A DNA stretch of 13,850 nucleotides from NCBI GenBank assembly GCA_964388035.1, contig CAYLZE010000124.1, positions 1 through 13,850 on the forward strand, read 5' to 3'. Under the pieces are notes generated by a model. That model was not told the origin of the DNA and ran no database searches. It saw only the letters and a list, made by a program, of their open reading frames with translations. Shown piece after piece: positions 7,657 through 13,850 of this stretch (position 1 is the stretch's first letter; every line of letters begins with the position of its first letter). Made by a program: the position numbers and the translations under genes. The DNA is from an uncultured archaeon. GTDB lineage: Archaea > Asgardarchaeota > Lokiarchaeia > Sigyniarchaeales > SOKP01.

Positions 7657-8040
7657 TTATCCATATACATTTTGCTCTTTTTTAATAAATAACATTCCAA
7701 TTTGACCTTCACCCGTCTGCCCGATAGCGGCATCAATAATCACTATAGGTTTTTCCTGAAATTCATTCACGAGCTTTTTTTCCACATATACTTCGATATT
7801 CATGCTATCCTTAAAAAATTCGGCTATATTGGTATTTTCCCATAACATGAAATCAGAATCCTTATATACTTTCTTTTTTTCAATCAATTCAACGATATTG
7901 CCGCAGAAAGCCATGGTTCATGTGGAACTCGAGTGAAAAAATAATACCACTACTAATTTATCTAAATCGTGGGCATTTTCTTTTTTTCCTTGTTCACGAA
8001 TATAGTTCAATGCTTTTTGTGAAAAACTTAACTTGAACAT
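7657..8040 (-). CDS. Putative selenoprotein, 127 aa, HesB/IscA-like fold, Sec (UGA) at codon 41
   Basis: ATG at 8040 is in frame with the 85-aa track ORF: MFKLSFSQKALNYIREQGKKENAHDLDKLVVVLFFHSSST-U-TMAFCGN... The single in-frame TGA is at 7918..7920. AGGTG SD upstream and SECIS-like hairpin downstream. The N-terminal 'LSFSQKALNYI' and C-terminal 'IEVYVE...IIDA...GMLFI' resemble HesB/IscA patterns (fold call by eye). Confidence 0.8.
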
Positions 8041-8046
8041 GGCAAA

Positions 8047-8051
8047 CACCT
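8047..8051 (-). promoter_or_regulatory. Archaeal Shine-Dalgarno site (AGGTG) for the extended selenoprotein ORF
   Basis: Minus strand reads TTAGGTGTTTGCC-ATG, with 6-nt spacing to the ATG at 8040. Confidence 0.6.
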
Positions 8052-8158
8052 AACACATCAATTCTCCAAATACTTGAGATATAAAAATTATAAAACTCAT
8101 GATTAATTAATTTATTTAATTATATAAATTACAATTTATAGAATTCAATTAAATAACG

Positions 8159-10999
8159 ATGCAAACACAAAACATTAATGCTCATGCAATTGAAATTGAA
8201 GAAATTAAAGAAAAGTTGAATACTTCCTTAGAGCAAGGATTATCGGAAGAAGAAGCAAGCAAACGATTGGAAAAATTCGGTTTAAATGAAATCATACAAA
8301 AGAAAAAAATTTCCCCTTGGCAAATCCTTATTGATCAATTTAAAGATTTCTTGGTCTATTTACTATTGTTTGCAATAGCAGTCTCCATTGCCGTTGGTTT
8401 TTATGAAGTTTCTCGCGGTGGAGAACCATCTGAATTTTTGGATGCCTTGGTCATCTTTATCATCTTGGTTATCAATGCAGTGCTCGGATTTTATCAAGAA
8501 TTTAAAGCGGAGAAGTCATTAGAAAGCTTGAAAAAGATGGCCCCTCGCAATACTAAAGTGAAGAGAAATGGTACCGTCAAGGAGATCGCAGTTAAAAACA
8601 TAGTTCCCGGAGATTTGATCCAATTGGATGAGGGAGATAAAGTTCCCGCCGATGCGCGTCTAGTCATATCTTATTCATTATATATCGATGAAGCCATCCT
8701 CACGGGAGAATCCCAACCAGTACATAAAAAAAATGAAATACTCAAAGAAAGGACTCCTCTAGCTGACCGAAAAAACATGGTCTATAGCAATACCATAATT
8801 ACCCGTGGAAATGGATTGGCTATAATTATTGATACAGGAATGAATACAGAAATTGGGAAAATAGCAGAAAAAATTCAAGAAGAAGAACCCGAACCCAGCC
8901 CTTTTCAAATTGAAGTCAACCGCTTTGGAAAACTGTTAGGAAAAATCATATTAGTCATCTGTTTTGCCGTATTTTTTATCGAATTTTTCATTATTATAGG
9001 CACGGAAGGAATTGTCTTCGGGGAAACTGAAATCGAGGAAATTGTGGGTGCGTTAACCATCTCAATTAGTTTGGCTGTTTCCGCGGTACCTGAGGGATTA
9101 GTTGTGGTGATCACGGTGGTCATGAGTATTGGGATGCGCAAAATGGCAAGTAAAAATGCTCTGGTAAAAACTCTCACTGCTGTAGAAACTTTAGGAAGAG
9201 TAAATGTTATATGTTCGGATAAAACGGGAACTTTAACGCGAAATGAAATGACGGTGGTTAAAATTTTTCTCGGAGGCAAAGAAAATGACGTGGAAGGCGT
9301 TGGCTATAAAATACAAGGAAAAATTGTCGATGGCTCAGGTAATCCCGTGGAAGTTACGCCCGATCTGAAAAAATTCTTACAAGTGGCCATGTATTGCAAC
9401 AATGCGAGCGTGAACGTTAAAAGTGATGGAATTAACACGGATGTGGTGGGAGATCCTACTGAGGTTTGTTTAAAAATTCTCGCACTTAAAATGAAAATTG
9501 ACTCAAAAATCGAAAAATTAAATGAAATTCCGTTCAATTCTGATAGAAAGATGATGTCGGTGGCATTAAAAGTCGATGGAAAGCTTTTTTCCTTTATTAA
9601 AGGCGCCCCCGATGTCCTCCTAAATCATGCCGCAAAAGGATTGTTAAATGGTGAAGAAAAGCCAATAAATGAGATAAAAGATGTTATTCACCAGAAGAAT
9701 GAAGAGTTAGGCAAAAAAGCATTAAGAGTCTTGGGATTAGCTTATAAACCTTTAGCAGAAGGGTATAACAAGGAAGATTTAGAAACAGACTACACTTATC
9801 TCGGCTTAGTAGGAATTATCGATCCCGCACGGGACGAGGTCAAGGATTCCATAAAAGAAGCACGAAATGCGGGAATTAGAACTATCATGATCACGGGAGA
9901 TCATAAAGTAACCGCCATTGCCATAGCAAAAGAAATTGGATTAACAGATAATGATAGTGCTATTACGGGAGTTGAATTAGAAGATATGACTGATGATGAA
10001 CTAAAAAGAAGACTGGAAAACACGGATGTTTTTGCCCGTGTCACTTCCGATCATAAACTTCGTATCTTGAAAGTACTTAAATCCCAGGAATATGTCGTTT
10101 CAATGACGGGAGATGGAGTAAATGATGCTCCCGCGGTAAAGGGTGCTAGTGTTGGAGTTGCAATGGGTTTAAAAGGGACAGAAGTGACCCAAGAGGCAGC
10201 AGACATGATTCTAATAGATGATAATTATGCTACGATCGTCAATGCTATCGAAGAAGGACGCGGGATTTTCGAAACAACCAAGAATTTTTTCCGATACATG
10301 CTAAGTGCAAATTTTGATGAAATTGCGTTAATTTTAGTAGCATATATTTTACTTAAAGTGGCGGCAAACATATATCTGGCACAGCCGCTCGTCCCAATTC
10401 AGATTTTATGGCTTAACATTGCGACTGACGGAATACCGGCTATGGTACTTGGTCTTACCCCCACTGATCGCGATGTAATGAAGTTAAAACCCCGAAAAGG
10501 GTTTAACATGATTTCGGATATAAAAAATGCAATAATTTTTGCAGCAACGTTTGCCGCGATAACCAGTATTGCATTATATATTTTTCTCTGGTCAACTTTA
10601 ATTCCTGCTTGGACTGCCCTTGATCCTCGACTAATAAATGGCACGGAAATTTTTGGAATCACGTATTCAGCATTAGAGTATAAAATAGCACTCACTCAAT
10701 CGATCATTTTTACTAACGTGGTCTTTTTCGAACTATTTTTTGTTTTCTCTTGTACTTCAGAAACCAAACCAATGTGGTTATTTCCAAACAAGAATTTATT
10801 CTGGGCTACAGGTATATCCTTCGGATTACACTTTTTAATTCTTTTTACTCCGCTGGGGATAGCATTCCACGCGATTCCCTTAGACCAATGGTATTATTGG
10901 GTAGCCGTCCTTCTTGCTTCTTTTGGGATCTTGCCTGCCGATGAATTAAGAAAATATTTGATTCGACGTAAACGACGAGCAAACGAGCCATTACTATAA
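8159..10999 (+). CDS. P-type cation-transporting ATPase, P2A (SERCA-like Ca2+/Mn2+), copy 1
   Basis: TGES, AVPEGL (TM4), CSDKTGTLT phosphorylation site (9218..9232), KGAP, MITGD, MTGDGVNDAP, TM5 SANFDE, TM6 QILWLNIATDG, TM8 Glu (VFFEL). Confidence 0.96.
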   Translation: MQTQNINAHAIEIEEIKEKLNTSLEQGLSEEEASKRLEKFGLNEIIQKKKISPWQILIDQFKDFLVYLLLFAIAVSIAVGFYEVSRGGEPSEFLDALVIFIILVINAVLGFYQEFKAEKSLESLKKMAPRNTKVKRNGTVKEIAVKNIVPGDLIQLDEGDKVPADARLVISYSLYIDEAILTGESQPVHKKNEILKERTPLADRKNMVYSNTIITRGNGLAIIIDTGMNTEIGKIAEKIQEEEPEPSPFQIEVNRFGKLLGKIILVICFAVFFIEFFIIIGTEGIVFGETEIEEIVGALTISISLAVSAVPEGLVVVITVVMSIGMRKMASKNALVKTLTAVETLGRVNVICSDKTGTLTRNEMTVVKIFLGGKENDVEGVGYKIQGKIVDGSGNPVEVTPDLKKFLQVAMYCNNASVNVKSDGINTDVVGDPTEVCLKILALKMKIDSKIEKLNEIPFNSDRKMMSVALKVDGKLFSFIKGAPDVLLNHAAKGLLNGEEKPINEIKDVIHQKNEELGKKALRVLGLAYKPLAEGYNKEDLETDYTYLGLVGIIDPARDEVKDSIKEARNAGIRTIMITGDHKVTAIAIAKEIGLTDNDSAITGVELEDMTDDELKRRLENTDVFARVTSDHKLRILKVLKSQEYVVSMTGDGVNDAPAVKGASVGVAMGLKGTEVTQEAADMILIDDNYATIVNAIEEGRGIFETTKNFFRYMLSANFDEIALILVAYILLKVAANIYLAQPLVPIQILWLNIATDGIPAMVLGLTPTDRDVMKLKPRKGFNMISDIKNAIIFAATFAAITSIALYIFLWSTLIPAWTALDPRLINGTEIFGITYSALEYKIALTQSIIFTNVVFFELFFVFSCTSETKPMWLFPNKNLFWATGISFGLHFLILFTPLGIAFHAIPLDQWYYWVAVLLASFGILPADELRKYLIRRKRRANEPLL

Positions 11000-11036
11000 A
11001 ATAATAGAAAGAGATGAAACTATTTCGCCGATAAAA

Positions 11037-11051
11037 TTTTCTTTTTTTTTT
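11037..11051 (+). terminator. Candidate archaeal oligo-T terminator downstream of ATPase copy 1
   Basis: TTTTCTTTTTTTTTT about 40 nt after the stop. The AT-rich background limits specificity. Confidence 0.4.
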
Positions 11052-11365
11052 ATCCTCTTATATTTTAAACCAAAAGATGCCGTTACTTTTTCTTTAAAAG
11101 AATTATAAATTAATTTTGGCATATTCTATAACATTTTGATAAAGATTTTCCACCTTTTACTAAGAGAACATTCCTAAAGTAATACCAACAAAGTAAAGTA
11201 TGGGAATGGCTCTTGATAATTTGATAAATAATGCATTTTTCAGTAATTCTTTATTTTATAGGCAAAAATTATTTATATATTTACATATATAAAAAAAATA
11301 GTTAGGAATTATTACGTTCCAAACTATTGGAAAATGATATCCAACTTAGTTATATCCATTTTATC

Positions 11366-11395
11366 AAGAACTATTCAGGTAATTCAATAGTTCTT
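11366..11395 (+). repeat. Perfect 10-bp inverted repeat (AAGAACTATT-N10-AATAGTTCTT) upstream of ATPase copy 2
   Basis: Read directly from the sequence; ends 34 nt before the ATG at 11430. Confidence 0.6.
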
Positions 11396-11429
11396 AAAAT
11401 CAAATTAAACAAAATGGAGAGATATAGAA

Positions 11430-13850
11430 ATGAATAGAATAAAATCAGAACCGTATTACTCAACAATCGAAAATGTCAGAGAACTATTATCCACATCAAT
11501 AAAAGACGGATTGAGAGAAGATGAGGCAGTTGCTAGATTGAAAAAATTCGGACTAAATGAGTTAATACAAACAAGGAAAATTTCTGCATTAAAGATCTTT
11601 CTTTCTCAATTCAAAGATTTTTTAATTTACTTACTATTCGCCGCAATCCTATTTTCTTTTTTCGTGGGACTTTTCGAACTAATTATGGGAAATTACCCTT
11701 CTGAATTCTTGGATGCTATAGTAATATTTATAATATTAATAATTAACGCAATTTTAGGATTTTATCAAGAATTTAAAGCTGAAAAAGCTCTTGAAAGTTT
11801 AAAAAAAATGGCACCTCGCAATGCTAAGGTTAAACGAAATGGCATTGTTAAACAAATTGAGGTTAAAAATGTGGTACCGGGAGATTTAATCATGCTAGAC
11901 GAGGGAGATAAAATTCCTGCAGACGCTCGCCTGATAAAAGCATTTTCGCTTTACGTGGATGAGGCATTGTTAACGGGAGAATCACAGCCAGTGCTTAAAA
12001 ATACAGATGTTTTAGAGAAAAATAAACCTTTAGCAGATAGAAAGAACATGGTATATAGTAATACTATTATTACCCGAGGAAACGGGATGGCAATCGTGAC
12101 GGATACCGGAATGACTACTGAAATAGGAAAAATAGCTGAAAAAATTCAAGAAGTAGAACCCGAACCCAGCCCTTTCCAAAAAGAAGTTGATCGCTTTGGA
12201 AAGATATTAGGAAAAATCATTATAATTGTATGTATAATCTTGTTTATCATTGAAGTTGTACTCGTATTGGTCTTTAGCGGCGAAATGACACAAGCAGAAA
12301 TTTTAGAAGAAATTATTAATGCTATTACTGTCGCTATTAGTTTAGCCGTGTCTGCTGTACCTGAAGGCTTGGTAGTGGTGATCACGGTGGTCATGAGTAT
12401 TGGGATGCGAAAAATGGCAGAAAGAAATGCACTCGTTAAAACTTTAACAGCAGTAGAGACCTTAGGAAGAATTAATATTATTTGCTCGGACAAAACGGGA
12501 ACTCTAACGCGAAATGAAATGACGGTGGTTAAAATCTATCTGGGTGGCAAGGAATATCTCGTGGAAGGAGTTGGCTATAAAATTGAAGGAAGAATTCTTA
12601 GTTCTAATGGAGAACCTATCGAGATGAATCCATACTTGAAAAAATTCCTACAAGTAGGAATGTACTGTAATAATGCAAGTGTAAACGTTAAGGAAGATGG
12701 GTTTAGCACGGATGTCGTAGGAGATCCAACAGAAATATGCCTGAAAATTTTAGCATTAAAAATGAATATAAATTCTGAAGTAGAAAAGCTCGAAGAGATT
12801 CCTTTCAATTCTGATAGAAAGATGATGTCCGTGGTTGTTAGAATTGATGGAAATCTATATTCTTTCATTAAAGGTGCGCCCGATGTATTATTAAAAAATG
12901 CTAAAAACGGTATTTTAAACGGAGAGGAAAAATCCATTGATCAAGTGAAAGATGAAATTTCCAAAGTCAATGAGAAATTTGGCAGAGAAGCATTGAGGGT
13001 GTTGGGCCTAGCATACAAACCCTTAAATGAGGAATATAATAAAGAAGATTTAGAAAAAGACTATACTTACCTTGGGTTAGCAGGAATCATCGATCCTGCC
13101 CGCGATGAAGTGAAAGATTCTATTACACAAGCAAGAATGGCAGGGATTAGAACCATCATGATCACGGGAGATCATAAAATAACAGCCATAGCAATTGCGA
13201 AGGAAATTGGACTTACTGATAATGATAATGCTATTACGGGGGTCGAACTAGATGAAATAAATGACGATGAATTAACAAAAAAAGTAAATAATACCAATGT
13301 TTTTGCACGGGTGACATCCGATCATAAACTACGCATCCTTAAGGTTCTTAAATCTCAAGAAAATGTAGTATCCATGACGGGAGACGGTGTAAATGATGCT
13401 CCCGCCGTGAAAGGAGCAAATGTCGGTGTTGCCATGGGAATTAATGGTACCGAAGTTACCCAAGAGGCAGCAGACATGATCCTAATCGATGATAATTATG
13501 CTACGATAGTCAATGCTATCGAAGAAGGACGCGGGATTTTCGAAACAACCAAGAATTTTTTCCGATACATGTTAAGCGTTAATTTTGCAGAAATTGTTCT
13601 AATTCTTTTTGCTTGGATCTTAATTAAAATCGTTCCTTCTGTTTATCTGGCACAACCTCTTGAGCCTATCCAGATTCTATGGCTTAATATTGCTACTGAT
13701 GGAATACCTGCTATGGTACTTGGTCTTACACCTACTGATCGCGATGTAATGAAGTTTAAACCTAGAAAAGGCTTTAACATGATATCTGACATTAGAAATG
13801 CAATCATTTTTGCGGCGATAATAAATGCTCTAACTGATATTCTCTTATAT
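11430..13850 (+). CDS. P-type cation-transporting ATPase, P2A, copy 2 (tandem paralog; 3' end beyond the window)
   Basis: Absent from the ORF track, presumably because no stop falls in the window. Starts MNRIKSEPYYSTIENV...; GGAG SD at 11416..11419; TGES, AVPEGL, CSDKTGT (12489..12503), GDGVNDAP, TM5 SVNFAE, TM6 QILWLNIATDG. Collinear with copy 1 at an offset of 3271 nt. Confidence 0.95.
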   Translation, partial: MNRIKSEPYYSTIENVRELLSTSIKDGLREDEAVARLKKFGLNELIQTRKISALKIFLSQFKDFLIYLLFAAILFSFFVGLFELIMGNYPSEFLDAIVIFIILIINAILGFYQEFKAEKALESLKKMAPRNAKVKRNGIVKQIEVKNVVPGDLIMLDEGDKIPADARLIKAFSLYVDEALLTGESQPVLKNTDVLEKNKPLADRKNMVYSNTIITRGNGMAIVTDTGMTTEIGKIAEKIQEVEPEPSPFQKEVDRFGKILGKIIIIVCIILFIIEVVLVLVFSGEMTQAEILEEIINAITVAISLAVSAVPEGLVVVITVVMSIGMRKMAERNALVKTLTAVETLGRINIICSDKTGTLTRNEMTVVKIYLGGKEYLVEGVGYKIEGRILSSNGEPIEMNPYLKKFLQVGMYCNNASVNVKEDGFSTDVVGDPTEICLKILALKMNINSEVEKLEEIPFNSDRKMMSVVVRIDGNLYSFIKGAPDVLLKNAKNGILNGEEKSIDQVKDEISKVNEKFGREALRVLGLAYKPLNEEYNKEDLEKDYTYLGLAGIIDPARDEVKDSITQARMAGIRTIMITGDHKITAIAIAKEIGLTDNDNAITGVELDEINDDELTKKVNNTNVFARVTSDHKLRILKVLKSQENVVSMTGDGVNDAPAVKGANVGVAMGINGTEVTQEAADMILIDDNYATIVNAIEEGRGIFETTKNFFRYMLSVNFAEIVLILFAWILIKIVPSVYLAQPLEPIQILWLNIATDGIPAMVLGLTPTDRDVMKFKPRKGFNMISDIRNAIIFAAIINALTDILLY

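Noticed and set aside
7657-7914. 85-aa ORF as a complete stand-alone gene (or a 40-aa uORF plus an 85-aa ORF, or a pseudogene)
   Set aside because: No SD is visible before ATG 7914. The upstream frame is open to an SD-preceded ATG and a SECIS-like hairpin follows the stop, so UGA recoding is the more economical reading. It is not formally excluded.
7880-7917. Bacterial-type SECIS directly 3' of the UGA
   Set aside because: No convincing hairpin is seen immediately downstream of the UGA; the 3'-UTR element explains the recoding.
11366-11395. Inverted repeat considered as a second SECIS or a yybP-ykoY riboswitch
   Set aside because: No adjacent AUGA/GA core on either strand, no UGA-containing gene upstream, and no GGGGAGUA-type yybP consensus.
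8905-12937. Antisense or alternative-frame ORFs within the ATPases (8905..9279, 9304..9537, 10399..10695, 10750..10944, 12146..12493, 12575..12937)
   Set aside because: They overlap the ATPase genes. Their similarity to one another simply reflects the ATPase duplication.
1-13850. tRNA, rRNA, CRISPR array, transposase or integrase
   Set aside because: No cloverleaf, regularly spaced repeats or mobile-element motifs were seen by eye.

Overview
AT-rich archaeal-looking window, most consistent with an Asgard archaeon of the Lokiarchaeia. This rests on an Rpn11/CSN5-like JAMM protein fused to helical repeats, an archaeal AGGTG Shine-Dalgarno site and a eukaryote-style SECIS element. Gene order: 5' fragment of a radical SAM gene (-), divergent trans-prenyltransferase (-), metallophosphoesterase, CaiB/BaiF (AMACR-like) enzyme, JAMM/MPN+ protein with TPR/SNAP-like repeats, tandem C2HC zinc-finger protein, radical SAM protein, iron-sulfur flavoprotein, a small minus-strand gene, and two tandem collinear SERCA-like P2A ATPases (the second runs off the window). 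The main result is that the 85-aa ORF at 7657..7914 (-) appears to be the C-terminal part of a 127-aa HesB/IscA-like selenoprotein (7657..8040). It has one in-frame UGA at codon 41, and a eukaryote-type SECIS hairpin (AUGA...GA core, 9-bp stem, AAA in the loop) begins 4 nt after its stop codon.
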